Source of the DNA: an uncultured bacterium
GTDB taxonomy: Bacteria; Babelota; Babeliae; Babelales; Babelaceae
Assembly: GCA_963722385.1 (NCBI GenBank)
Contig: CAVRKK010000001.1
Coordinates: forward strand, 224,001 to 288,000
DNA length: 64,000 nucleotides
Direction: 5' to 3'
Shown here: positions 49,584 through 59,629 of the stretch, one piece after another
How positions within the stretch are numbered: position 1 is the first letter of the stretch
Layout of the letters: every line of letters begins with the position of its first letter
Made by a program: the position numbers and the translations under genes
The notes under the pieces: model-generated
What the model saw: only the letters and a program-made list of their open reading frames with translations
Told to the model about the DNA's origin: nothing
Database searches by the model: none

Positions 49584-50648
49584 TTAAAAGATCCAGAATT
49601 TGCCCAAAGCGACAATTATCAGGATCGAGCTAATACCAACCATATGGAGCATTTTTAATACCAAGGGAACTTTGTAGGGTATATCTTGTTTTAGCAGTGC
49701 TTCGATGCGGCACTTCATACGTTCGGCTTGAAAAAATGATGCAATCGGCAATGTCTGGCAGGACTGTTTTGCGTGTCGTGCTACCTTAACCAGCGCATCT
49801 GCCAGGTCTATCGGCGCAAGTGCAAACTTATGTATCGTACTATCACACGCTAGCTCTTGGGCCCCCTCAACGTGCTTAATCCAGCGTTTAAGCGGAATCC
49901 ACCAAAGAAGGGCAGCAAGCGCTTGAAAAAATAACCGCAGCGGCGCATCATACCAGGTCAAATGATTGAGCTCGTGAGCAATAATTGCCTCAAATTCAGA
50001 TTGGGTGATATGTTCGACTAATACTTGGGGAATCAATATGTATTTAGAAAGCAAGCCGAAGCAACAGGGAATGGTAACCTCTGGTGATAACATCACATGC
50101 GTGTTCGAGGACCTCAGGACCTCATTGAGCAAGGGATTATCGATATTTCGCGTACAAGCAAGCGCGCGTTGTATAAGTGCTCCTAATAACTTTCGTGAAT
50201 ACCAAAGATTAAATAACCAGTGCACAACAAACAATACCGAAAGTACCATCACACTTAGCACAAAGAGCTTGACCCACCATGGCCCAATGTATAACGCTAT
50301 TAAATCAGCGAACGTAAAAGTTTTGCCATCGCTTAAAATAAGTTGAATCACCGTGACTGGTATAAGGCGCAAGCCAGGAATCCACTCAAGTGAAAAAAGA
50401 AATGTTCTACTGCCCGGCATAACCCAAAAGGGATTGATCTCATGGGCAAGAGCCCATTTCGAAAAATCATAGAGATAAAGATCAAGGATAACTTTGAAAA
50501 GCGGTAGTGCCAACATTAAGGCTTTTAAGCGCGGCTGACGGACGCTCAGTATCATAATAGACAAGCGAACTAAAAGTGCCACCGTTATAAAAGAAAAAAA
50601 CATGTTAATAATAATGTTAAAGATATAAATCCAACCAAGGTCACTCAT
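49584..50648 (-). CDS. M56 family (BlaR1/MecR1-like) membrane metallopeptidase without sensor domain
   Basis: TMs, AIIAHELNH (HExxH), LLWWIP, ELACD, RIEALL; coupled to the blaI-like gene. Confidence 0.9.
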   Translation of the reverse strand: MSDLGWIYIFNIIINMFFSFITVALLVRLSIMILSVRQPRLKALMLALPLFKVILDLYLYDFSKWALAHEINPFWVMPGSRTFLFSLEWIPGLRLIPVTVIQLILSDGKTFTFADLIALYIGPWWVKLFVLSVMVLSVLFVVHWLFNLWYSRKLLGALIQRALACTRNIDNPLLNEVLRSSNTHVMLSPEVTIPCCFGLLSKYILIPQVLVEHITQSEFEAIIAHELNHLTWYDAPLRLFFQALAALLWWIPLKRWIKHVEGAQELACDSTIHKFALAPIDLADALVKVARHAKQSCQTLPIASFFQAERMKCRIEALLKQDIPYKVPLVLKMLHMVGISSILIIVALGKFWIF

Positions 50649-51030
50649 GAGATTTTTTCGCCTCGCGCTTACGCTTAATTGCTTCCTCTAAATGTGCCAA
50701 TTCGCTCTCAGTTATCTCCTCATCTTCGTTAATTAAAAAAGCGATCATAGATGATGATTTGCCGCCAAAAACTTTATTTTTAAGCTTGCAAAGAAATCCT
50801 GAATCATGCTTTGCCTGCACCAAGTTCATAGCATATTCATATTGATTGCCATTCAAGGATCGCTTGAGCTTTCCCTTTTCAACTAACCGGTTCATCACCG
50901 TCATTACCGTTGTATAACAGTCGCCTTGACCCAGGGTATTAACAACGTCACGAATGGTTAAGGTCGTTCGATTATTAAACGTCTGCAAAATAGCTAATTC
51001 AAGCTCGCCAAAGATACGCTTTCTTTTCAT
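50641..51030 (-). CDS. BlaI/MecI/CopY family transcriptional repressor
   Basis: FGELELAIL, YTTVMTVMNRLVEKG, VFGG. Confidence 0.93.
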   Translation of the reverse strand: MKRKRIFGELELAILQTFNNRTTLTIRDVVNTLGQGDCYTTVMTVMNRLVEKGKLKRSLNGNQYEYAMNLVQAKHDSGFLCKLKNKVFGGKSSSMIAFLINEDEEITESELAHLEEAIKRKREAKKSHE

Positions 51031-51063
51031 AAATTACCTTTGCTTTTTGATATGCTATTACAT

Positions 51064-51079
51064 TACTACGCTTGTAGTA
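51064..51079. promoter_or_regulatory. BlaI-type operator in the repressor's own promoter
   Basis: TACTAC-GCTT-GTAGTA between minus-strand TTGACT and TAATGT (17-bp spacer). Confidence 0.75.
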
Positions 51080-51162
51080 GCAAGTCAACAATTGTTTGAC
51101 AAAAGTTTTTTCGCATAAGAAGTATGAGCAGTTGCTTAACATACTCAACCAAAATCATAACA

Positions 51163-52155
51163 TTATCTTAATATAAGTTTGAATTGCTTTAAAATATCGT
51201 TGGTTTCGTCGTGAAAACTAGGTGTACGATGGCCCAAAGTTCCGTGAATAAGTATCCAAACATAACGAATTTTAGAAAGATCAATTTTTTTTGGTTTGAT
51301 AGTATCTAGACAGCCAATCCATAAGCAGCGTATTCCCTCATTATTTTTAGGTTCGCAATCTTTGAGAATTTTATTCGGGCAGTTATGCCAGCGCCACTCT
51401 CTTTTTTTCCCCACTGGCATGCCAGCTCCACCTGCTACTTTAATTGGCAATTGGTCAGGTTGGCGTGACGGTGAAGCAGAAGGACCTGTCTTATTTACTG
51501 TTGATGAACTTGAATCCCGTTTTTGATCTGGTTGTTTACTAGTATTAGGCTTTGGTTGAAAGTTTAGTTCAGCAGCAGACATAAATTCTATTACAGGTTC
51601 TGCATCTGTTTCACCCTCATACTCAAAAACATAATATTCTATCTCTTCCGATTCTTCAGTTTGTTTATCCTCATTATTTTGGGCTCCCTCTTGAAAAGCA
51701 GCTTGAGAGGCAGATAGACGAGCCAAATAATATTTTGATGCTTCTTTTAAATCTATACAAGGTATAGATTCGTTACCAAAGGATTGCTTAAAGTATCTTC
51801 TTGCTTGCTGCCAATCAACAAAAATGATTACTTGATTATTAGTTAATGATGCTAATAAATCGCTTGCTTCAATTATAGATATGCCAAGATGATGTTTTAT
51901 AACTTGTGCTCCGCGCGACTTTGTTTTTTCATTAGTTGGAAGAGCGCTATAGAAACTAAGAAGCACCTCAAGCACACTATTCTTATTACGCAAAAAATCC
52001 TGTCGATTAGTTTTTACCAAAAATCTTTCAAAATTTAGTAAAGATATTTGCTTAATTTGATTTTTTCGAGGATCTTCCATAGTGTGAACATGGAAGCACG
52101 GAACAATAGTTAATAGAAACGCTATTAGCCAAAATCTATTTACTGTTTTATACAT
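51163..52155 (-). CDS. Exported protein, probably 3'-truncated alpha/beta-hydrolase-like
   Basis: Signal peptide ending VHT-MED, acidic/Pro-rich linker, ends shortly after WILIHGT with no GxSxG. Confidence 0.55.
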   Translation of the reverse strand: MYKTVNRFWLIAFLLTIVPCFHVHTMEDPRKNQIKQISLLNFERFLVKTNRQDFLRNKNSVLEVLLSFYSALPTNEKTKSRGAQVIKHHLGISIIEASDLLASLTNNQVIIFVDWQQARRYFKQSFGNESIPCIDLKEASKYYLARLSASQAAFQEGAQNNEDKQTEESEEIEYYVFEYEGETDAEPVIEFMSAAELNFQPKPNTSKQPDQKRDSSSSTVNKTGPSASPSRQPDQLPIKVAGGAGMPVGKKREWRWHNCPNKILKDCEPKNNEGIRCLWIGCLDTIKPKKIDLSKIRYVWILIHGTLGHRTPSFHDETNDILKQFKLILR

Positions 52156-52227
52156 AAGCTTCCTTAAATGCTATATTTAACAAAAAATAGCTTTATAAAT
52201 GCTATTAGATTATAGGTTTTTCGGGAT

Positions 52228-54033
52228 CTATATACTTGGAGTGCTGGATTCTCCAATTATTTTAAACACCGCATTTTTATCTTCGTTGGAGAGGAAAGGG
52301 ATACTCGAGCTAATGTATTCCCATAGCAAACCTCTGACCGAACTGTTAATATCGGATGGACTTAATTGTTTCATCATAAATGCAAGTTGCTTGTTTAATA
52401 GTTCTTTTGTTCTGTTCGTATGGGCTCCACCTAGCAATTGAGGTAATAGCCACACTTGCATATCATTATTGGCAAATGTCATAGAGAGAACGATAAAAAG
52501 GTATTGATCTTCGCTAAAAGAGTATTGCTTGTCGCTTAATGCGTGAAGTCTTTCAATTGCTTGGCAAATAAGCTCATACGTATTCGGGCTCATGGGTAAA
52601 ATAGTGAGCGCATTGGTAATAGAATGGCTTAATAAGGCAGGGTCCTGCTCTTGTGAGAGCTGGTTAGTGATAAATAGGTGGGCGCTTACTATATCTTTGA
52701 CTGCCAAAATATCAGGATGGTTTGCAGCTTCAAAAGCATGTGAAAGAGCTGAGTAAGTGATTGCAGAAATTAGCTTTTGTTTTTTTTGTACGTTAGTCTC
52801 TTGATAAAACTCGTATATAAATGATGGAATAAGTTCATGAGCGCCGTAGATACTTAGAAGATCAGTGATGATAGAAAAGTGCTGCTGATTGCTGTTTTGA
52901 GCTCGCTGCCATAGGTTGTTTAGCTTTAGAGAGCGAGGGATGGTGGTGTCGCCGAGGTATGCTGTCAGCTCAATTTCTAGTGAGTTATATTCTTGGGAGA
53001 TATCAGTTTTTTGCTTAAGAGTTGTAGAATTAGGCCGATGAAAGAGAAACTCGTGGAAGGTAGATCGTGGTAATATTGGGGTTGGTGGATTAACTATATG
53101 TACATCAAATCCTTTAAGGTAGCAAAAATTAACAAAGGTATCACAGCGAAACATTCCTCGAATTATCCCTCTTTCGAGTATTAATCGATGTTGGGATTCA
53201 TCATAAACGGGTCTTAAGGTATAGCGACCTTCTCTCCATTGAGCAGTTAGCGTATATTCTGGGTCGAACTGTATTTGATTTACACCTGCTTGGAAAGCGC
53301 TGGTTGCTTTATTAGCCTCAATCATTTCTAATGATTCAAGACCATATACTGCTCCCCAGTAAGGGCTTCGGGTTTTAAAAGTGGTTAATGGATTAAGTTG
53401 AATAACTGGTCTTTCATTTAATACCTCAAGTACAAAGGCTGTTTGGTCAGTTTGGTTACTCTTAATTAATCCCGTATGGCCAAGCCAGCCTAACCCGGGA
53501 TAATCTAAATTTCTTCCTACAACGTCTGCCATGCATACTCCAGGTTCAGTTGAGCAAAAACGCCCGTATTCAGAGTTTTTGATGGCCGTGTTCCTTGGGC
53601 AGCGATAGGTGGGCTTGGTAAAGAGAACAGCTGAATCAATAATTTGGTTGTTATTATCTTGACAGTAAAAATTCCACATCTCTACTTTTGGAGCGTCATT
53701 GGGCTTTGATACTTCATAGTAGTCGCCGTTGGATGTTGGAAAATCATCCGGTACCATTTGTGGTATTGTAATCGGAGGTTGATTTAGCCAACGACAGCTG
53801 TCATGTTGAGGCAAATTTGCAGCAAACTCTTCAATAAGAGAATCCTTGCTAATAGCTTTAAAATGATAGTTAAATTGAGGAATATAACAACTATTAAATG
53901 TAGGGTTGCCTTCAGTGCTGTCATACCATTGATTGGCAAATTCAGGCAAGAGCTTTTGGCTCAATAAGTGAAAAGGTGCTATAAGAACTAAAAGAAATAG
54001 CAAAGTAACTCTTGCCGAATAGATACATTTCAT
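52228..54033 (-). CDS. Exported protein with permuted papain-like (NlpC/P60-type) domain and helical C-terminus
   Basis: AAGGAG SD, signal peptide; GHTGL (His) precedes VLEV and FRCDTFV (Cys). Confidence 0.65.
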   Translation of the reverse strand: MKCIYSARVTLLFLLVLIAPFHLLSQKLLPEFANQWYDSTEGNPTFNSCYIPQFNYHFKAISKDSLIEEFAANLPQHDSCRWLNQPPITIPQMVPDDFPTSNGDYYEVSKPNDAPKVEMWNFYCQDNNNQIIDSAVLFTKPTYRCPRNTAIKNSEYGRFCSTEPGVCMADVVGRNLDYPGLGWLGHTGLIKSNQTDQTAFVLEVLNERPVIQLNPLTTFKTRSPYWGAVYGLESLEMIEANKATSAFQAGVNQIQFDPEYTLTAQWREGRYTLRPVYDESQHRLILERGIIRGMFRCDTFVNFCYLKGFDVHIVNPPTPILPRSTFHEFLFHRPNSTTLKQKTDISQEYNSLEIELTAYLGDTTIPRSLKLNNLWQRAQNSNQQHFSIITDLLSIYGAHELIPSFIYEFYQETNVQKKQKLISAITYSALSHAFEAANHPDILAVKDIVSAHLFITNQLSQEQDPALLSHSITNALTILPMSPNTYELICQAIERLHALSDKQYSFSEDQYLFIVLSMTFANNDMQVWLLPQLLGGAHTNRTKELLNKQLAFMMKQLSPSDINSSVRGLLWEYISSSIPFLSNEDKNAVFKIIGESSTPSI

Positions 54034-54158
54034 AAATAAGCTCCTTGCTCAGGTTATCTCATAATTTTAGTTTTGAGCTGGTTGATTTGTTCTTAATTCA
54101 CTGTTTTTCCCCAGCGGATTTTCACTATTGACTGATTATATCTCAGATAAAAAAGATC

Positions 54159-54214
54159 GGCAATTCATCTCGCCACCCATAGAGGTGGGAGAATTCTTGC
54201 CAATTTTCAGTTAA
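54159..54214. mobile_element. IS200/IS605-like subterminal hairpin (solo end)
   Basis: GGCAATTCATCTCGCCACC-CATAGA-GGTGGGAGAATTCTTGCC resembles the CAATTCATC-hairpin-TTCTTGC ends of IS200/IS605 elements; no tnpA or tnpB nearby. Confidence 0.45.
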
Positions 54215-54517
54215 AAAAGAGGCACAGCTCTAGATTAACGTATATTCCTTGCCAGTATCCCCCACAACAGGATCGCAAAGATAAGGAATAACAGAGGAAT
54301 ACCGCTGTAACTTCTTGTATCAAATTTCTTACAACGAACAACATCTACGCTGCCGAGAAAACCTGTTAGAATACCATTGCATGTAGCTAAAAGACCTAAA
54401 CGCTTAATCATATTTTTATTGCTTGTCAATGTAATGGTTTGGGACAAACATACCTATCATGCTTATTTAGTAGGACATGATTCAGATAGTGCTTTCTTGC
54501 CGGCAAACCGAAAGCTG

Positions 54518-55155
54518 GCGGCACATAAAAAAACAAGAGGGTACTCCTGCTTGTAAGAAAGTACTTGCAAGCAGGAGTAATGAAGAATGGCGTGTGTGTA
54601 AGGACAGAAAAAGGGACACCACAAGGAGGCCCACTATCACCGTTATTAGCAAACATCATGCTAGACGATATCGACAAGGAACTAGAAAAGAGAGGGCACA
54701 AGTTCTGCAGATATGCAGACGACTGCAACATCTATGTGAACAGTATTGCAGCTGGAGAACGGGTGATGGAGTCGGTAACAACATTCCTAGAAAAGAAGCT
54801 GCGCCTTAAAGCAAACAAGGCAAAGAGCGCGGTGGCTCCCCGTAGTGAACCGAACTTTCTTGGGATGCCGGCTAACCAACTATGGGCTAACTATAGCGTT
54901 CGAAAGCGTAATGCGAATCAAAAACACCATAAGGATGATAATAAGAAGAAATAGAGGCTGCAGCCTGGAACAAGTCAGGGAAGGTTGGGTACGATATTTA
55001 AGTTAGCTCGATGCAAAACATATTGCAGGAACTTGACCAATGGATAAGGCGCAAACTAAGGCGGATAAGAATCAAACAGCTGAAGAGAAGATACACCATA
55101 GCAAAAACACTAATCAGCATGGGGGTAAAAGAATACCAGGCGTGGATACTTACCG
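54518..55155 (+). pseudogene. Group II intron reverse transcriptase/maturase remnant (class C-like)
   Basis: KRVLLLVRKYLQAG, GTPQGGPLSPLLANIML, RYADD, FLG, then frameshifted RRNRGCSLEQV..GWVRY and QELDQWIRRKLR maturase segments; N-terminal RT half missing. Confidence 0.9.
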
Positions 55156-55412
55156 AAAATTGGAAACCGATAATTTTAAACGGGATATAATATAAATTGG
55201 AAGTGATCAAAAATAAGCACAAAATAATGAAGATAGAGGCTCACAAGTTTTACCTTGCGTCTTTAATTAACTGGTTATTTAGACCTACTAACCAAAGCAA
55301 GCTTCAAACTACTCCTCTATCTCTAGTTAATAGATTATCATAAAAATTTCAGTTTGTCAAGTTGAAATTATTGCCTCGAGTTTACTTCCCGGTCAGCCAA
55401 AAAAAAACTAGC

Positions 55413-55955
55413 TCAAGCACTAAGTCTATCTCTATATTTTATATCTTCTTCGAGAATAAACCGACCCAAAAGATAATGCTTAAAATCTTTTTTACGCAAG
55501 AGCAAGGTTCCGTAGCCAGTTTTTAAAGGCCTCAAGCTGAGACCAACAAGCAGATGCTGCATTTCTTTTTTAATGGTATCAATATTCTCGATAGACGTGG
55601 CCATTAATTCTACTTCAAGAAAAGTACCTAAATCAGCAACCTCATCTATTCCAAGGGTGAAGTGCTGTGCTGCATAAGAGATTCTTCTCTTGTCAACCAC
55701 ATAATGAACAGTAAAATTATTCACGCGTTGTAGCTCGGAAAGATCGGCAACGCAGATTTGATGTAAACCAAGGCTCAGGAGAAGCTCATTAATTTTTTGA
55801 AGATCAGCATCTAGAAGCGGCAGAGAAAAACTATGCTCTTCACAGTAATCCTGAATAGCAAGATGGGGATTACTTAAGCAAGCACGATTAAATTTAAATT
55901 CCAGCTTCTTGTCGTTGCGCCTGCTGAACCGCCGATGCGTTTTCATATCTCCCAA
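55413..55955 (-). pseudogene. CYTH-domain protein lacking its N-terminus
   Basis: RNDKKLEFK, DKRRISY, IDEVADLGTFLEVE present; ExExK motif and a clear start absent. Confidence 0.6.
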
Positions 55956-56446
55956 GCGTTACTTTCCCTGGCTCCCAGGGTAGATGCTCATATTTTATCA
56001 ACTTGCAAGAACAATGCAAGAACGACTTTAAGTCATTCTTACACAAATTTGAAGGCCCGTATATCCCAGCCTTAAAAGTGCTGGGTTTTACGGCCTTTTT
56101 TATAAAGCGTCCCGAGAGCTTCGTCAAACAATGATCAATAAAGCTGAAATTCTTCTTTAGAAGGCTCGCTGTTGCCGCGATCGCCCCCCAATAGAAGCAG
56201 ATGTTGTATAAGGGCATTTCGAAATCGCCGCCCCTAAACATCCGTGTTGTAAAATGAGCGTCATAATAGAACAATAGTAGAGGTATTTCATGACTTTATC
56301 CTTTAAAATCTAATATTATTATTTTTCTTAAGCGTATATTTTATTTAAATTTATATAATTCAATGCATATAAGTCAATAATTTTTACCAGGAGATCGCAG
56401 TGCTCGATCCGTATTCTAAGAAAACGATATAGACTCAAATACTTTC

Positions 56447-57340
56447 TCAGTAAATAATTGTGCTTATTTTTGAAAGCTGCTGCGCTTCTTCATAGGTAAT
56501 TACGCGATTATGCTTCTTGATATGGTCTAATTGAAATCGCATTATGATCGCATCAACGTCTGGCACCTGAAATTCGGCTGCTCGATAAATATATCCCTGA
56601 AATGGTATCCGTTTATGTTTCATTGCGAGAGCAACTGATTGAACAAATTCAGGTCTATCATCAACAAAAATAACGTTGTCTGGTGTATGGCCTATGTGGT
56701 CAAGAAATGCTGCAAGTACTACACCTTTTGGATATGATGACGAACATAAAATCCCCTTATAAAAGACAGGGATACCTCGAGGCGGAGCAGGAAATTTATC
56801 AAATCGTATAGATTGTTCAGGAAAGCTTTTGCTCAAATCTATACCAAGCCTTTGTAGTCTCTCATAACGCCATTCTTCAAAGCGCGGTACGCGCCCACCC
56901 CATACCGGCCCCGTGCCCTGTGCCGTAAGAGCAATAACTTTTATACCACTTTGACATAATCTATTGATGGTATCAACCATTGATTGCTCAACTGCCCGGT
57001 ATGATACCTTGGTATATATTTCAGCACTTATGGCCTCACTATAGTCTAAAGGATCCTCTTTTGTTGCTGCATGGCGAATAAACTCAGCTTGAATTTCTTT
57101 AACAACCGAATGGTTTTGGAGCGCAGCAAAGAGGTAAGGGTCGGTTGGCACAAGTATTGTTTCATCGCAATCAAATATTACTAATGTTGAAGGGTCTACG
57201 CGCTCTATCAAATCCTTAATTTCGTTAAATGAGTTAATCTCCTGTATCGATGAAAACGCTTTCTGTCCCAAAAATAAGAGCACAGCTCCCATAACCAAAC
57301 TCAAAATATGCTGCTGCATTGTGATTCTTTTATTTATCAT
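56447..57340 (-). CDS. DUF2608-type HAD-like protein with signal peptide
   Basis: Signal peptide ending AFS, LVIFDCDETI, IALTA, KG..L..FL, IFVDD. Confidence 0.8.
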   Translation of the reverse strand: MINKRITMQQHILSLVMGAVLLFLGQKAFSSIQEINSFNEIKDLIERVDPSTLVIFDCDETILVPTDPYLFAALQNHSVVKEIQAEFIRHAATKEDPLDYSEAISAEIYTKVSYRAVEQSMVDTINRLCQSGIKVIALTAQGTGPVWGGRVPRFEEWRYERLQRLGIDLSKSFPEQSIRFDKFPAPPRGIPVFYKGILCSSSYPKGVVLAAFLDHIGHTPDNVIFVDDRPEFVQSVALAMKHKRIPFQGYIYRAAEFQVPDVDAIIMRFQLDHIKKHNRVITYEEAQQLSKISTIIY

Positions 57341-57498
57341 ACTCGCCCTTAATCCAAACTTTAACAGTTATATATTCTAGCAAAGGAAGCCTACCGCCGT
57401 AAATAATTTTGAACAACGAATTCTCACCACCATAACTCTTGCCTACCTTACGCGCGCTCATTTAGATTGGTATAGATGTATTCAACGAAAGCGCTACC

Positions 57499-58167
57499 AT
57501 GGTATTCACAAAAACTGAGGTTCGTATCCCCATCAACAGTTCGTTTATATATGGTGATTTAAGCCTAGCCACCTCTACCAAAGGCATTATCATTTTTGCT
57601 CATGGAAGCGGCAGTAGTCGGCTGAGCACAAGAAACCAGTTCGTAGCGGACATTTTGCAACAAGCAGGCTTTTCTACCTTTTTATTTGATTTGCTTACAA
57701 AAGATGAAGAACATATTGATATATATACTCGGGAATTTAGATTTAATATACCGTTATTGGCAGAGCGACTTGTAGAGGTAACTCAATGGATTCGGACACG
57801 CGAAGATTTGTCAGTGCTACCCCTCGGGTATTTTGGTGCAAGCACCGGTGCCGCAGCGGCTTTAATTGCGGCCGCCCTCTTTGCTCACAAAGTAACTGCC
57901 ATTGTTTCTCGTGGTGGCAGGCCTGATCTGGCAGGTAGCTATTTACCGCAAGTTAAAGCTGCTACCCTGTTAATTGTTGGGCAACTTGATAGTGAAGTCA
58001 TTGCTTTAAATAAACAGGCCTATAACCAATTAACCTGCAAAAAAGAACTAGCGATCGTATCCGGCGCAACCCACTTGTTCGAGGAAGAGGGAACTCTGGA
58101 AGAAGCTGCCCGCCTTACAAAAGAATGGTTTGCTCGCTATATGGAGCCTAAGCGATATATTTCATAA
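57499..58167 (+). CDS. Dienelactone hydrolase-family alpha/beta hydrolase
   Basis: FAHGSGSSRLS.RN, GYFGASTGAAAAL, VSRGGRPDLA, GATHLFEE. Confidence 0.9.
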   Translation: MVFTKTEVRIPINSSFIYGDLSLATSTKGIIIFAHGSGSSRLSTRNQFVADILQQAGFSTFLFDLLTKDEEHIDIYTREFRFNIPLLAERLVEVTQWIRTREDLSVLPLGYFGASTGAAAALIAAALFAHKVTAIVSRGGRPDLAGSYLPQVKAATLLIVGQLDSEVIALNKQAYNQLTCKKELAIVSGATHLFEEEGTLEEAARLTKEWFARYMEPKRYIS

Positions 58168-58703
58168 GTCACGCATAGCCATTTATTAAACTTACGTTGA
58201 ACCGAGGCATCGCAGGGAGGTAATTCCTCATGCTCTTTACCAAACCATTTGAGTTCTTTCGACTCGTTATTACCAATAGGCTGTTCATCCCTGGTAACAT
58301 GTAACAAAAAACCAATATCGTAATGGTAATGTTCTTTTTCACGCGAATTAGCAGGAATAAGGTGAATATCAATGTCAAAAATGCCACTGCTCATGGGAAC
58401 AATAGCGTTTATGCCTGACTCTTCTTGTGCCTCTCTCGTGGCGACACGCAAAACATCTGGATCACCATCACAATGCCCTCCTGGCTGTAGCCATTTATCA
58501 AGCCGGGCATGATGCATCAAAAGAGCCTTCGTTTTATCTTTGCTTAAAAGCCATGCTGAAGCCGTAACATGGCCTATCGGTAGCGATCTCTCAAAGCATT
58601 CTTCGTGTGTCTCAATAAATGAAATTATGCGATCTTTGGTGAGAATTTCTTCAGATGACGGCGTATATGCCTGTAGCATCTTCATAAGCGTATATCTATG
58701 CAT
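58137..58703 (-). CDS. NUDIX hydrolase
   Basis: GHVTASAW, WLQPGGHCDGDPDVLRVATREAQEESG Nudix box, HYHYD; start at ATG 58703. Confidence 0.92.
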   Translation of the reverse strand: MHRYTLMKMLQAYTPSSEEILTKDRIISFIETHEECFERSLPIGHVTASAWLLSKDKTKALLMHHARLDKWLQPGGHCDGDPDVLRVATREAQEESGINAIVPMSSGIFDIDIHLIPANSREKEHYHYDIGFLLHVTRDEQPIGNNESKELKWFGKEHEELPPCDASVQRKFNKWLCVTYEIYRLGSI

Positions 58704-58714
58704 AGTTCCACCTG

Positions 58715-59629
58715 TTAAAAATTTAGGTCCCATGTTACCCAAAAAGCAGTGATATTTTTATAGCCTTCCTTCTGTGGCTTATGATCAAAGCCCTCAGAAA
58801 AGCCCAAAGCAATCGAATTTGGAAGGTCATAGAGTGAAAAACAATACTTATATGTCCCGTAAAAAGTACTTCGTATATATGGTATATTTTTTACCACGTT
58901 AGCAATACGCGGGGATATCTTCGTTCCCCATAGAAAAGTTGGGTTATAACCAGCCTCAAATCTATGATCACCCCAGGTAGTATGATGTGCAATAAATAAG
59001 TCGGCAAGGTTGCCAAAATCAAAATCATACTGGTGTACTTGGTCATCATTTTTAAAAGGCGTCTTTCGCGGGAAAAAATGAATAACCCGAGCAGCCGTTC
59101 TCATTGAATGTTTCTGGTTTCGGTTCTGCAAATACTCGAAGGCGCCATCTGCCTGTATTCCCAATCCAACATGACCATACCCGAACTGGAAGTTTTCGAG
59201 ACTCAAGTCTCTATGAGTCGGAATACCGAGCAACCCTGAAAGAGTTACTATCATTCCCTCCTGCAAAGAATGTGTGTAGCCGGCTGAAAAAAGCAAATCA
59301 TCTGTTTGCGTTTGTGCAAAGTGAACACCTTGCTTATCTTGAGTGATGCGCGCTACAGCAAAATCAGCACGAACATAAAAAGTTTTTGCCGAATAAATAA
59401 AGTTACTTAAATTGGCTGCAACGGACTGGCGCGTACCATCGCGTTTATGCCGAAGTTGACCAAGGGGCGTATCAGCAATCAAAATAGGATAAATATAGTG
59501 GCTGTCTAGCCTGTAATGTTTTGTCGTTTCTGCTATGCGAAGGTTATAGACAACTGACACACTATCATAGCTTTTTTGCCCAATAAGGAGACAACACATA
59601 AGGATGATGATATGTGTTTTTACCTGCAT
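58715..59629 (-). CDS. Putative outer-membrane beta-barrel protein
   Basis: Signal peptide, alternating aromatic beta-strands, C-terminal FWVTWDLNF (BamA-type terminal Phe). Confidence 0.6.
   Translation of the reverse strand: MQVKTHIIILMCCLLIGQKSYDSVSVVYNLRIAETTKHYRLDSHYIYPILIADTPLGQLRHKRDGTRQSVAANLSNFIYSAKTFYVRADFAVARITQDKQGVHFAQTQTDDLLFSAGYTHSLQEGMIVTLSGLLGIPTHRDLSLENFQFGYGHVGLGIQADGAFEYLQNRNQKHSMRTAARVIHFFPRKTPFKNDDQVHQYDFDFGNLADLFIAHHTTWGDHRFEAGYNPTFLWGTKISPRIANVVKNIPYIRSTFYGTYKYCFSLYDLPNSIALGFSEGFDHKPQKEGYKNITAFWVTWDLNF

Noticed and set aside
54235..54447. 70-aa hydrophobic minus-strand ORF
   Set aside because: Could be a small membrane gene or a remnant, but there is no clear start or family evidence
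39410..55155. Diversity-generating retroelement linking the RT to the ankyrin repeats
   Set aside because: The RT has group II intron motifs (GTPQGG, maturase) and is broken; paralogue differences are not adenine-specific; no TR/VR pair seen
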